Source: Paraspadella gotoi
Lineage: Eukaryota > Animalia > Chaetognatha
Assembly: GCA_051294375.1 (NCBI GenBank)
Contig: CM119271.1
Span: 16,064,770-16,128,769 of the forward strand
Direction of reading: 5' to 3'
Length of the DNA stretch: 64,000 nt
The notes beneath the pieces are model-generated. The model ran no database searches and was not told the DNA's origin. It saw only the letters and a program-made list of their open reading frames with translations. How positions within the stretch are numbered: the first letter of the stretch is position 1; every line of letters begins with the position of its first letter. Shown in pieces: positions 1-13,530 of the stretch. The translations under genes were made by a program, and so were the position numbers.

Positions 1-988
1 CACGACGACGACGTCGATTTATTATTAAAAAAAAACTCGCTCACTCATCTCCGATCTTAATTTTTATGACGTAAAAAACTCGTCCAGCTTTTTTACTCAC
101 ATTTTGACTTTTTAACTTATCCTAGCCCAGTATTATTATTCGTTATATTTATATCTTTCATCTCGTTTTACCTCATGTCGTATTTCCAGGGTCAACCCCG
201 TTCGTTGTCAACGATTTACCCAAAGTTTTAGTTATGACGTAAAGATCTCATTTTTACACTCACATTCTCTCCCCCTATTATTTTTTTGTTGTAACCGTGA
301 AAAAATATATGCGTTTGTTTGGAATAATGCAATAGTCTCAACCGGCGTTCAGTAGGTTTAGCATTTATTTATATTTTATTCGACCCATTTTTCACATTTG
401 TTGAGATATTTTAAAAAGAAAACTCGGGCGATCTGAGATTGACGACCGTGTCCAGCGGTCGACCTCTTTTGGTCGAGTTTCACGCGAAAGACTCGATACA
501 AATCAAATTACGAGAACATTTATATTTTTCGTTTGATTAATTGCTTATTAATATTATCATGATTTGTCCTTTTGGTCTTTATTATTATTTTATATTATCT
601 TTCAATTTCTCTGGAAAGGCAGTCCCATCGAAATGGATTCTCCGGTTAATAACCGATATTTAATTGCGAGTTCTACTTCGGCCAGGTATGTCGCAGACAC
701 TATATCTACCTTTTCGGTCTGTCCGTCCGTCTGTCGGTGTATAATGATAAATGAATTAACCTTAATAAATAAAATTCGTTACGGAAAAAGGCAATATCTT
801 CTGAATTCCAATGAGAATGGTGGGATGAGGAGGAGGAGGAGGAGGAGGAGGAGAATGCATAGAAGTGAATTAACGAAAGGAATTTGAGGAGTTAAACGGA
901 ATTAACCCGAGCTGTGGCATAGTTTCTGTAGACTGTACGTTTATATTATTATTATTTTCTTTATTTCGTCTTTCAGTCCATCAACGGG

Positions 989-3900
989 ATGGCGTCATTC
1001 CGACAACGGATTAGACTCCCATACTTTTTCTGGGAATTCCGCCGGCGCCGCCACTCCCTCGTTTTCCGGCGCCGCTTCCCTCTGCGGCGCCGCTACTCCA
1101 TCTTCCGGTGCCGATCTCAAGACGCGACGCCCTTCCTGCGCCGAAGATGAAAAGCGCGACTGTGTTTTCTCCGAGGCTGATTCTCGCCGCGGCAGCTGCA
1201 GCGTCGGCGGCGGCTTTAACGTTCACGTTCCCCCTTCGTTTATTTAAATATTATTAGTAAAATCCATATTCCTCCTTATTACATCCGGGTCCCTGGGGAA
1301 GGGGGGGAACTTGGACGTTAAGTGAACGTTCGTAAAAGCAGACTCCCTCGGCCGAATCTTCTCGAGCGACGCCGCCAGTTGCGACTTCTCCCAACGCCGG
1401 CGCCTCTCCGACGCCCCGGGGCCGAGTCGTCGGCGCCGTCACGCCTCGTCTCATTCGATCCTCTCGTCTCCCGAACGGCGCCTCGCCTTCTTACGCTCCG
1501 ACGGCGTCGGCCAGGAAACGCAAGGCCGACAAGAGGATGGAGATATTCGTCGTTCGAGTCGTTTCCCCCTCAGAATTTTATATTCAGGTTTGTTTAGATT
1601 TGGTTAATTGTTAACCTAAATGATTAACTATATTGTTAATTCTGTTGGAAGTAATTCTTGTTATAAGTATTCTTAAATAGTGAAAACTTTTCCGAAAACC
1701 GTGTCAAAAAAATATGCTACAATATGAGATTGAAGAATTCAATCTTGGTTGATATGAATCATAAGTTATTCTCTCTCTCACTCTCGCTTACTCCAGTTGA
1801 AAGAGGATCAACTTCAACTGGAAAAATTGATGAAAGATTTGAACAAAGAATTGAAAGATTCTTCTCCGGAGCAAAATCGCGTTTGGAGAGAAGACGAGAC
1901 TTGCGCCAGTAAGAACTTTTGATTATAAAGGTTAATCAATTAATTTAAATGAATTGTAGAAATATACAATTCTTTTATATTTTATTTACTAATCATTTAG
2001 ATCCAATTGAAACAGTTTAAAAACCAAAAAAAATTTTTACTTGATTCATGAGAAACCCCCACTGTAAAGAATCAAAATTCGAATACTTGTTGATGAACAG
2101 GCTTGTACCTATTAACAATTTTGAATAAAAAAAAAATCCGAACTTTAGAATAGAATTTTATAGAATTCTAATTGTAAGTTATCTCATGTAAATATAGATA
2201 GAAATAGATAGAGGTCTTCTCCACCATGTCCGCCATATGCTGTCTAAAATCGCTAGCTGATTGAATATTGAAGAAATGGAGAATCTGTGAATTGTACCAA
2301 ATCCATGAGTTGAATTGTTCTGTCCAGTTTTGGATGACGTTTTGCATCGGGGAAAAATCGTGCGCGTCTGGTCACGCGGGATGATTGTGCGGCGAGTCCT
2401 CGGCTCCAAATCGTACGTATTCCATTTCTATTGTTACATCAATTTTTCTCTGTATAATATATATATATATATACCATTTAATTCAGTTCCGGCGACGGTG
2501 AACCCGCCTTTTGGGTCAAATCCGTCGACTACGGCGGACTCCGCCGAATCCACGTCAAAGATTTAAGAGGCGAATTAGATCCCGCGATGGCGCAGCGCCA
2601 CGCATTCGCAATTAGGGCCAGACTCCTGGGAATCGCTCCACTCAAGGTTTGGAGGATAGTTTTGTTTTCTATTTTGTATTAGACATTGAGAGAGAGTGAT
2701 CGAGAGAGAATATTTAGTAGTATAGATAATGTCCGATTTTCAGGGAGAAGTCTGGCATGACTCTGTCATCTCCACTTTCTCTTCCATCGTTGGATCCGGG
2801 GGAAAAGGAGGAGGAGGAGACATCGTGATGTACAAGATTCAAAAGACTTTCGAAAACGCGTTGCAAATCGCGTTGCAGATCAAAAGCGCCGACGGTCGAA
2901 CCTTTGAAGACGTCGCGGAAATGTTGACAATGAAGGGTAATTGTAGCCTATTTAATGTAATTATAATGACTTAATTAAATCGTGTGGTTATCATCATCGT
3001 CTAAGGTTTAGCGCGTCTGACATCATTAAACGAAGAGGCGGCGGAGATGTCCGATCGACACCGACGCGGGTCAAAGGTCAAATCTTCTTCCTCTTCCTGT
3101 TTCAAATTGGTTCCCTTCGTGGCAAAACCCTCGGCCGCCGCGTGTCGACTTTGGGAGGTCAGCCTCTTTTTCTTCTTTTTCCTTTTTTACCCTCGATATT
3201 TATCTCGATATCAATCTTTTTTTAGGAGGAGCCTCGTCCTCGTCTCTCCTCGTGGCTTCCGTTCGAGAGGCCGTCGACTCCGCGGTTCCAAGCTGTCGTC
3301 ACTTTCGTCGACGAAGGAGGCGTCGTCTGGGCGGCGCTGAAAACCCTCTACGACGAGGGTCAGTTTCTTTTAATTCTTTTGATGTTTTTTTCATATAAGC
3401 AAAGATTTTAATTTATGTCATGAACATTTTAAAAATATTTTAATTTTAATTAGTTTTAAACATATATTGTTAGTGGTTCCAGAGTTTAATGAACAAATTA
3501 GTGGTAGAAGCTTGTACTGCTGTCTGTCATTATACCTGATTATATATAATAAAATGATTTTTAAACCTTAACGAATGTATTCTCAAAATGATAATCGAAA
3601 ACTTTTAAGAAAAACGATTCAAGAAATATGAAAAAGTCTAAATTGCTACAATATGCAAATTATAGTGAGGAACTATTTTCGCATTACTTTCAATAATCTC
3701 TATCCTTTCTTAAATCAGGTCGCCTGGGAAAGTTGAACCAAGAGGTCTCAGAGGCGGCGAAGAAGAGCGAAGAACCCGAGGGACATTCTCTGAAGGACAT
3801 TCGAGTCGGTCAGTCGGTAAGTTTAATTAAAGGTAAAGGAATAAAAAGCAAAAAAAGTGACAAAAGTGACAAAACAACAGAATTGAATGAAGAAAATTAA

Positions 3901-6900
3901 ACAAAATGGCCGCCATCTCTCATCAGACTGTTATTGAAATCGTCGCAATCGTTGGATATTAATTTAATAATTTTCTTTAATTTGATTTATTTGAGGTTTT
4001 GGCTCAATTTCCTCTCGAATCGACTGGATTCTGGTATCGCGCCAACTTCGAATCGTGGTCATCTTCCTCATCTTCCTCCGCCAAACTCTCATCATCCGAT
4101 CCTTCCTCTCCCCGCCTCTCCGGATCGCCTCCACGCCTCCGCGTCCGCTACGTAGACTTCGGCGACTCCGCCTTCGTCGCCGCCGCTCAAGTACGCCTCT
4201 CTCTCCCGCCCGTCGCCATAGCGACGCCGCTTCTCAGTCTTCGTCTGCGTCTCGCCGGCGTCGCCCCCAAGGGCGGACGGACCGGAGGTTGGAAGACGAG
4301 AGATTTGGACTTTTTGTACGATCGTCTCGTGGGGAAGACTGTGGGCGTGGAGTTGGGAGAAGGAAGAGGAGGAAGAAAGGATGGTTGTCTATTGGCGGAA
4401 ATTCTCACGCCAGGTATAATCTTTTTTGTCCATAGAGAATATTTTAAAATAAGAAATAAAAAAGTTGAATAAGGAAAATTAGTTTGCTTCGTAAAAACTT
4501 AAAAAGAGGGAAAGGTTGTGATTGAACGCGGGGAAGCGTCCTGCTTCGGATTTAGGGTTAATAAAGTTTTTCTTGATATTTTTTATCCATTAAAAAGTGT
4601 AGTTTTTTTGTTTGTTTTTTTTTATTCAGACGGGACGAATGTCGCCGACCTATTAGTGGAAAAGGGATGGGCGGTTAAAACGTCGGCAGAAGAATCGGGC
4701 GCCGTCGTTGCCGACAAATCATCGACCAAAGCCGACAAACCGGAAGCGGCTTCGTCGGCCGACAGCGCCGACGACGACGACGACCTCGATCTTCTTCTTC
4801 CTTCCGACGTAAAAAAGAAATTTAAAGGAAAGAAAGAATCTTCAGCGACGAAGACGAAGGCGAGTTTGAGTTTCGCCGGAGAAGCCGATCTCGTACAAGA
4901 AGATGGCAGCAACTACAACGAGACGAACGCCACGATTCTCGTCGACTCTCGTCTCTCGAACGGCGACGACGCTTCCAGACTCTCCGTATCCGTCGGTCAC
5001 GCCTCAGCAGCAGCGACGGATAGCGGCGTCGCATCCGCAGAGAATTCCGCAGCCGCGGATTCGACGCAGGAAGTTCCCGTGTATCATTTGGAAGAGAAAA
5101 TCGGATCGGGAGAGAAGGTCGAGATTTCATCTAAGGTTCCATCATCTGTTCTATCCCCAGTACAATCCCCGATGGAACAGAATCCACTGCGGGATGGAAA
5201 TGCCCCGCGGGACAGCGTAGCGCGACTCAAAGCTAAAGTCGATGCTGCGTCGTTAAGAGTCGACGTTCGGAAGGACGATGATACGCGGGGAGCCGACTCC
5301 GACTCCGTCCTTTCTCAGGACGACAGTCTTCCACGAACGAATGCTTGTCTTTCTCAAGTTAAGAAAGGTTTTCCGCTTGAAAAGTTTTCTGGTCAGAAAT
5401 TAAACACGATACAAGCAAAGGTCGGCTTGTCGTCTCAAGCCAATCATTTACATTCCTTCTATGGACAGTCTTTAGTCTCCAATCGCTTACCTTTTCAAGC
5501 CAACAACACTCTACCTCATGGCCTTTTACCTCGTGTCCGCATACCTCATCATTCCGTACGACATAGCCACACTATTCCGGCCCAAAACCAAAACCATATT
5601 ATTAGTTCTCCTTTAGCAAAAAATACCATACCTGAGAACAACCAAGACCAGAATCTCGTTGGCAATAACGATGTATTGCAAGCAATCAATGATAAACCCC
5701 TTATTCATATTCATCCTCCTCTTAATACTACCACCGAATGCCAAATTAAAGGCAACAAAGGCACACTTCAAGCTTCTTCCCTTCCCGCCGCTGCCGCTGC
5801 CGCGGTTTTAGACGCGGAAAAGCCTCTTTCTCCACTCGGCGGCTTTCACGAGCGTATTTTAAAGGTAATTTGTTTTAATAATACTTAAAAATAAACCAAG
5901 GAAAGACTTAATAAACACTTGACATTTCTTTTAGGAAAACATGGAGCGAAAGATGAACGAATTGTCCGTGGAACTGTTCGACGATCTTCCGGGCGGAGAG
6001 GAGGATGTCGATCGGGCAAAGAATTCTTCGGCGTCGGGTGGAGATGTTAGTCGGGCGAGGGAAGACGCGGCGCCCATCTTGGGAGAAGACGACGATTCAT
6101 CCTACCGCGTTTCCAACTCGGTGATTTTATTAATTATTATGGTATTTAATTTTATTAGATAGAGATTACACATGGGGAGTGCAGGTACAGTATTTTTATT
6201 TAATTTAATTAATTTAATCTCTATATAATTCATTATTTCGGTACATGCGATGACTTTCAAGGTATTTAATTTTATTTTAATGAAATATATTAAAATCCAA
6301 TTCCAGGTTGGGTCAAAGTCCTCTTGCCTGGAGCCATGTCAAATTTCCGAGGTCCTTTACCCGAGCGACGCGACTGCGATGACGACGACTGCGACATCGA
6401 TGACTCATCCTCCGACGTCGCCGAGTCCCGACGAAGGGATCGGTCGCGACGACGACGATAAGAAAGACGACGACGACGACGGCGTCGACGAAGGCAACAG
6501 CAGCTTCGAGGATGGAATATTGTGGAGTCCGATCGTCTTGCAGCCAAAATTGCCATCGTCGAAAAAGGGTGAGAGATTTTTACATATTTGCATTTTGGAC
6601 TTGGAGATAAAAAAGATTTGGTGGGAAGGACAGTAGAAAATCCTCCGTAATATTGGGTTAGAATTGCAACAGAATAAAAGACGGAAAAAACAAAGAGAGG
6701 CAAACCATTTTGTCTGTCATACTCTATCGATCCACTCCATTTGATTTTATCAATAGTAATTATAAAAGGTTTCATAACGGAAGGATCGTTTTGGAACATG
6801 GCCGTTCCCGAGGAGATTGACTTTTGCTTCGAGATCACTCAGTGGGAATCGGGGAGGATCTTTCATTATCGTTATCTCTTGGACGACAACAATGACCTTC

Positions 6901-8443
6901 GTCGGGCGGAACTCGATCACGTGTCAGCTGACGGACACGCCCACGGGGAAACGAAGGGAGAGGCCAAAGTCCCCGACCCTCAGGTCCTCGTTCGCCCCCT
7001 TTTACTTTGATGATATATTTTTATAATTGGCTAATGGCTAATGGCTAATCTATGTATTTTTTTTATGTCTTCAGATTAAAGTCAATTGCGTGATGGCCAA
7101 ACTTTTTCAGGTAAAACCAAACACACATTATTCCCATTTTTTAAGATTATTTCATTCAAAATAATTAACTTTCCTCGTTGTCCTCGCCAGAACTACATGC
7201 AAACTCAGGCCCCCGATTGGCCTCGCGCAAAGAACCCTTCTGTGGGATTTCCTTGCGCCGTCAAGTGGAGACAGGATGGCGTCTGGTATCGAGGCGTAGT
7301 CGTCAAACTTTTGGATGGAGATCACGCAAAGGTAAAGGGATATTAGAGTGAAGATGACTTAGTAGATGTTGTCGAGTTTAATTAATTTTGCTGGATTCTT
7401 CGCGATCCTTTTCTGTGTCCTCATCTTCCATGATAGAATAATTAAATTCTTGGCAAATGTTTTTTTATCCAAAAAAAATATTTCTAATATAACAAATTTA
7501 TTCAGATGTATTTATTTACCGGCATATAAATCGTATTCGTCTCCAATACTTTATCCATAATCTAATTATGATATGAATAAAAACATCTCGAAAAAATTTA
7601 ACATATAGAATACAAACATTAAAGATTTAATTATTAATTGATATTTCCAGTCGTCTCGATCCTTCGTCGTTCAGTTCGTCGACTTCGGAAATCGCGACTT
7701 CGCTCATCTCGACGACTTGAGGCTTCTTCCCACCGACGCCCTCATCCCGCCCGCTCTGGCCACCAGGGGTCAGTCCTAATCTAAACTTAGTAATTTAATT
7801 ATTACAAAGATATATCATACGGATGTTTAATTATACGTACATTCTTGTCCTAGCCAAAGTGCACGGACTCAACAACGAATTCTCGAAGGCCGTGTTCGAC
7901 TTCGTCTTCGCCTCGACGGTGGAGAAGCCGCTGCACGGGATCCTCAAAGGAACTTGGCGAGACGTTTCAGGACAGGTGGTTTGAGAAGGCGTGTGACCAG
8001 TGGAGGAGACAGACTTCTTAATCTCTTCACGAGTTTAGTTTTTTCACTTTTTCTTTGCCCTCCATTCAAAGATATTTATTCCCCTCCTTTTCCGCCCTCA
8101 TTCAAGATATGACTAAGCGACGATTCAATTCGACGATAAAATGACGAAATTATTTGGGAACGAAAATCGAGAGTCAAAATGTTAAAACAATTTAATCAAA
8201 TGATAGTGTGAATGTTGTCAATAGTTTAAAAATGAAAAACCAATTTGTGAAATTCAATCTTAGGTTTTTTTTTCCCAGGTCGTCCCCGAAATGACTGTTT
8301 GGAAACTAGGGTCTCGAAAGTTCATCCTCAAGAAGCTCGTCGACGTCGGCCTCTTGTGTTACACTCCCTCCTTCGAGGAGAGAACTTATATGAAGGCCAA
8401 GAGCGTTGAGGGCGGTGGCGGCGGCGGCGATGAAATAGACTGA
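989..8443 (+). CDS. Multi-exon protein with three extended Tudor domains (TDRD-like)
   Basis: Spliced exons give three Tudor/SN-fold units: VVRVVSPSEFYIQ...LHRGKIV...VKSVDYGG; AQFPLESTGFWYRA...VRYVDFGD; PCAVKWRQDGVWYRGVV...VQFVDFGN. A long low-complexity exon lies at ~4630-5864. Stop TGA at 8441-8443. The start codon is uncertain (ATG 989 follows an acceptor at 976). Confidence 0.85.
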
Positions 8444-8790
8444 AGAAATGCTTAGACATAGTTAATTAGCAAAGGGCTTTTTTCTTTAATAACGTGCGAA
8501 GATAAACTGAGCTTTTGTGTGGGCGTCAACAAACTCTGTGATATTTTTTTTTTTTGTTGTTTAAATCATTTTTCGTGATTGTAACTTTATTAGTATTTAT
8601 TTCCTAAAGATTAACCGTTTTTTTTGTTAGGTTTTCCTATTTTTTTCGTGGTATTTCCTCGAATCCGAATAAACTTATCCAATTAAATAATCGAAATAAA
8701 AAACCATTCGATCGAACAAAAAGATAAAAAAAGAGAGAAAAAAAGAAAATCTTTTTTTTTTTAAATAAAAATAAAAGAAAATTAAAAAAA

Positions 8791-9234
8791 ATGGATCTGA
8801 TGACTAAATGTTTCTTTCCCGCGTCGATTCCGACGACGACGACATCGACTTCTCATCCTCCTCCTCAACAACATCATCCTTCACACCACGCCCCCCCTCA
8901 CCACCATCGACGCGACGCCTCCTCTTCTTCTTCCTCCCAATTCCTCGTCCCTCCTCACCCGGCCAACGTCGCCTTCTTCCCTCGCGACTTCCCCACCGCC
9001 GCCGCCGTCGTCGAGGGCTTCCACACTGGACAGCCTCTGGCGGGACCCTTCGCTGCTCCCTCCTCGAGCCACGGCGGGCAGATCGTCACTTTCCTGCCTC
9101 ACGCCGCGGCGGCGGCGGCGGCGGCGGCCCCGCCGACCACGTGCCACGTGGGTTCTTCGGGGGCCAACGCCTCCTTCTCCTCCCCGGCTCCTCCTCCTCC
9201 TCCTCCCTTCACGGCGACGAGTCATCGGGCTCAG

Positions 9235-9268
<34 letters not shown>

Positions 9269-12200
9269 TTCACGCCCAGAATCACCATTCGGGTTCGAAA
9301 GTTCATTCTCGCGCTTTTGGCCACCAGAATCAACATCGCGGCGGCGGCGGCGGCGACCAAAGGGGCGGCGGAGACCGCGGGAGCAGCCACCAGGGTGGCG
9401 GCGGTGGGCAAAGGGGCGAGCATAGGAACAACGATGCCTGTAAGTTATTTTATTTATTTTTTTTTTTCCGTAGGAGACAAATTCGTGCGGACTGATTTAC
9501 TATGATCATTTATAAATTCATCTTAAGTATAGATCATTGCTTTGATCATCGTTATTTAATTATCGTTTATTGATCTGTTTACTTTTCAGTGAAATGAGTA
9601 CCGTGTTATTATTATTCGATGATATGTGTCATAGTACATGGTTCTAATTAATTAAATTAGTTAATTAAAAATTAAGAATTAAAAACGATTTATTTCAAAT
9701 TTAATTTAAATATTGCGGTTCTCGGCGTTATTTTTTTATTTGAGCTAGGCGAACTTTTTTGTTGTATTGATAATTAAGAATTAGTGTTCATTCAATGTAA
9801 ATCGTCCCGAGCTTTTGATTTTTTAATTCTGGCTTCGGATTATTTTTTAACTATCGGTATGTTTCTGGGCGTGGGATTATGTCTTACAATTTATTTCGAA
9901 AATTCCGACTCTTTGAAGAAAAATTCATCATTCTCAGCTTGTACACTGTACAATGTACAATGTACTGTAGAGTGATGTGAAAATGATAAAATTTTAGAAA
10001 ATTAAAATTTAGCATATAAAACATAAAAATAAAAATTAATAAAAATATTTTGGTAAATTTATTTTTAAATTTTATACATAGGTGGGCCCCAGTGAGCTAT
10101 ATTTATATATAGTATTGAGTATAATAGGCTAAAATTTCAAATTGCAAATTTTAAAATTTTAATATCGGATTTGGATTCCTTGCAAAAAGTTAACATAAGA
10201 AAGTATAATTCTTTTTTCAAAATTATTTCATTAAGTTGGTTAAAATTGTAAAAAACTATATTTAAGACGCTGATTTTCAATTTCCGGTTTAAAAATATTG
10301 TTTTTTATAATTTTAACTTACTTTATAACATAATTTTTAAAAAGGATTTATATTTTCTTTTATAAACTTTTAACGAGGAATCTGACTCTGTTCTCAGAAT
10401 TTAAAAAAAAAAAATTAAATTTTGACATTATATAAGGGTAGTACTATATACTATATACTACAGATTAGTATTTACTAATATGATAGTTTCCAAGATATAA
10501 CTGCTAAATTTTGATTCCAAACTTTCACTTCACCCTAATGTACAGTAATAAAAAAAGCTGTATGAAATTGGTACAACCAATGTTAAGATTATCTTGCCTC
10601 TGACTTTGGGCAAGCTATGCTGGGTTAAGGCCGCCATCATTCTAATAAGACAAGAACGCAGCAGGACCCTTAATATTAGCTTATTTTGAGGATTCATCAC
10701 CAGACATTTATATTCATTTTGAATTCATTCATTAATAAAAGATTCTCTCTCCAGCCCGAGCCTCCTCCAACGACAACAACAAATCCTCCTCCTCCTCTTC
10801 CTCCGCCAACAAAAAAGGCATCCGTTACTTTTGCTCTCGATGCGACAAAAGTTTCAACCGGAAACCGAATCTCGCGCGACACGAGAAGATCCACGCGGGC
10901 GAGAGGCCCTACGAGTGCGCCCAGTGCTCCAAGAGATTTTCGCAGGCGTCTCACTTGAAGAAGCACGCCGCCACTCACTTTGGCGGCGCAGGCGGCGGCG
11001 GTGGAGGAGGAGGAGGAGGAGGGTAAGTTTAACGAGGGAGAGACGAGGGGGGAAAAGATTGGGTGGGGAGAGATTTTTTCTTTTATGGTTAGGATAATTT
11101 TTTTTTAATTCTAAAACGTTGAGCGGCATTTCTTGCACGAACCGATCGTAATTGTCGTTCGCTTAAAACAATGTTACTGTAAAAATTATAAACGTTTAAA
11201 CCGTACAGTGGGACAGACAGATCGAAAAGTTAGTTATATGGTGGACTAAAATCCACCAACCGTTCATCAGCGGCCATTGGTGCAGGAGGCCAGTCATTTG
11301 CCTTCCAACCCAAAGGTCCGGGGTTCTAGCCCGGTGGTCGCCTAGCTGTTAAGAGGGACGGGGCGCTTAACCCGCCTGTAACACGGTGTTACAACCTGAT
11401 CCGAAGCTCAGGGACTGCTTATATTGAACGGTTCTGTCACTTACTCATAACAATTATTACTGTCTCTTCAGTTAGTTTTTTTTCGATTACTCGCGGCGCA
11501 ACTAATAAAAAATAGATTAAATTTTAATATTATAATATGTTAATTAGATTGAGAGACTACCTTTAAAATTAATATAACTGCAGATGAATCATTTATTCAA
11601 AAGAATTAGGAATTATTGTTATTTATTTATTATTATAATTTTTTTTTCCCATTTTTTAGTCGAGGAAGCGGAAGGAGAAAGATTCATACGGACGAAGATG
11701 AAGGAAAATGCGCCTCATGTGAATCCGCGAACGGAATCGGCGAAGACGGGAAACCCAGACAATGCGTGGAATGCGGGAAAGGATTCTCCTCTGTGTCGGG
11801 AGAGGATATCGGTAAGGAGAACGGGGGGGATGGGAGAGGAGAACGGGGAAAGGGAGAGAACAAGAAACCCAGACAATTTGTGGAATGTGGGAAGGGATTC
11901 TCTTCTGTGTTGGGGGAGGATATCGGTAAGGAGAACGAGGGGTTGGCATAGGATAACGGGGAGAAAACAGGAAACCCAGAAAATGCGTGGAATTGGATTC
12001 CCCTCTGTGTCGGGAGAGGATATTGGTAAGGAGAACAAGGGCCTGGGAGATCTGAACGGGGGAGAGGAAGTAAACATGGAACAATGGTCATGCGAGAAAA
12101 AAAAATCTTATAAAAAAGTTTTTAATAAGAATATAATTAAGATTAAACGACAGAAAAATGACCTCTTCCTTCTTCGTAGGGATTCATTACAACCGCCGCA

Positions 12201-13530
12201 GTCCGGTCAACACGTCCAAACCCTTCCTCTGTTCTTACTGTCCCAAGTCCTTCTACAATTCGGCCAATTTGACGGCCCATTCACGGATGCACACGGGAGA
12301 GAAGCCCTATTCCTGCGCTGACTGCGGAAAGAGGTCTCTGGGATATCCTCATTTCTCTTATAATTCATCATTTAATTTTTATTCATTTTATTAATCATTT
12401 TTATTCATTATTAAACCATTCTTTTCCCGTCCTATATTCAGCTTCTCCCAACCGACGTTACTCGCGGCGCATCGACGCCTGCACTCGGGCGACAAGCCCT
12501 TCGAGTGCCCCGACTGCGGCAAACACTTCGCCCACTCGGCCAACTTGAGGAGCCACTTGAAGACCCACGACAGATCCAAGCCGCACCTCTGCACTGGGTG
12601 CGACAAGACATTCTCCTCTACCGCCGAGATGGCTCGTCACGCGCAGGTAAATTAATAATAATATAGTAATAAATTGTTAAAATAATGTATAAATGCCGTA
12701 TAATATAATGTAATCAATGAACTAGAGAGAATAACTTCCTCTCGCCTCCCTTCAGATCCACGAGCGCGCCTTCAAATGCCCCGAATGCCCCAAATCCTTC
12801 GACGATGCCCATAAGTTCTCTATGCACCAGCGCTTCCATTCGGTGGCCAAGCCGTTCGTCTGCGACATTTGCAACAAGGTGCGTTTATTCATTAGAGATT
12901 AAGGAATTTGGGGACATAAATATTTGGTATAATAAGAGGTTAATTTAAATCTCTTTCAGAGGATTAGAATGTTATATCTATGGCAATTATTACTAATAAA
13001 TATAAAAGTTAAAACGCTGTCGGGTATGACTTAAAATAAAATGAATTACCAATTTATAAATTAATCTGGCATAATTTTATAATTGTTAGGTTACGTTGAA
13101 CATTTTTTGTCATTATGTATGTATTATGTATTATTAAATAATCAAATGTTTCATTTTCAATACAATGAGTTAGGTATTGTTTATAAAAAAGTTTGTGAAA
13201 ATTTATTTCTGTAAATATTTAGAAATGTTTTAATAATTATTAATTATTCAGGGTTTTCGCGTCTCGTCCTCTCTGACCAATCACCGACGAGTTCACTCGG
13301 CCGAGAAACCCTTCGCCTGTGGATTCTGCGCACGCGCGTTCTCTCGCAGTCAGAACCTCGCCCGCCATTTGCTCGTCCACACTGGGGAGAAGCCTTTCTC
13401 CTGCGCCGTCTGCTCCAAGGCCTTTTCGCAGATGACCCACTTGAAAAAGCACGCCGCCACTCACGGCGGCGCGCACGGACCGGCCACGCACGGCGCCGGG
13501 GAACCCGCGCCACAACCAACCGCGCATTAA
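8791..13530 (+). CDS. C2H2 zinc-finger protein (about 10 canonical fingers, low-complexity N-terminus)
   Basis: Exons encode [43 protein letters not shown]...[68 protein letters not shown]. Stop TAA at 13528-13530. Confidence 0.9.
9961..10544. mobile_element. Non-autonomous foldback/MITE-like DNA element, copy 1 (intronic)
   Basis: Closely matches 15636-16262. Imperfect terminal inverted repeats (TAGAGTGATGTGAAAA / CTTTCACTTCACCCTAATGTA) and internal inverted symmetry (GGATTCCTTGCAAAAAGTT / AACTTTTAACGAGGAATC). Confidence 0.8.
10589..10670 (-). repeat. Dispersed ~80-bp repeat, homologous to 51609-51690
   Basis: The reverse complement AGGGTCCTGCT...GATGGCGGCCTTAACCCAGCATAGCTTGCCCAAAGTCAGAGGCAAGAT aligns with AGGGACCTGCT...GATGGAGGCCTTAAACCACCAAAGCCTGTCCAAAGTCAGGGGCAAGAT. 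Confidence 0.7.
11237..11459 (+). mobile_element. tRNA-derived SINE-like element (Gly-TCC-like head), copy 1
   Basis: GCGGCCA...TGGTCGC acceptor-stem ends (11270-11341), TTGCCTTCCAA anticodon-like loop, GGTTCTAGCCC B-box-like motif, a unique body and an AT-rich tail. A second copy lies on the - strand at 55726-56038. Confidence 0.75.
11752..12037 (+). repeat. Threefold tandem duplication of a zinc-finger exon end plus splice donor
   Basis: AAACCCAGA..TG(C/T)GTGGAA...TCTGTGT(C/T)GGG(A/G)GAGGATAT(C/T)GGTAAGGAGAAC occurs three times. Confidence 0.8.

Noticed and set aside
564-887. 107-aa ORF upstream of the Tudor gene
   Set aside because: Non-ATG start, AT-rich, and includes (GTCY)n and (GGA)n repeats; no coding signature.
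11270-11341. Functional tRNA-Gly gene
   Set aside because: The D, anticodon and T arms are degenerate, and it is fused to a body repeated elsewhere, so it is better read as a SINE head.
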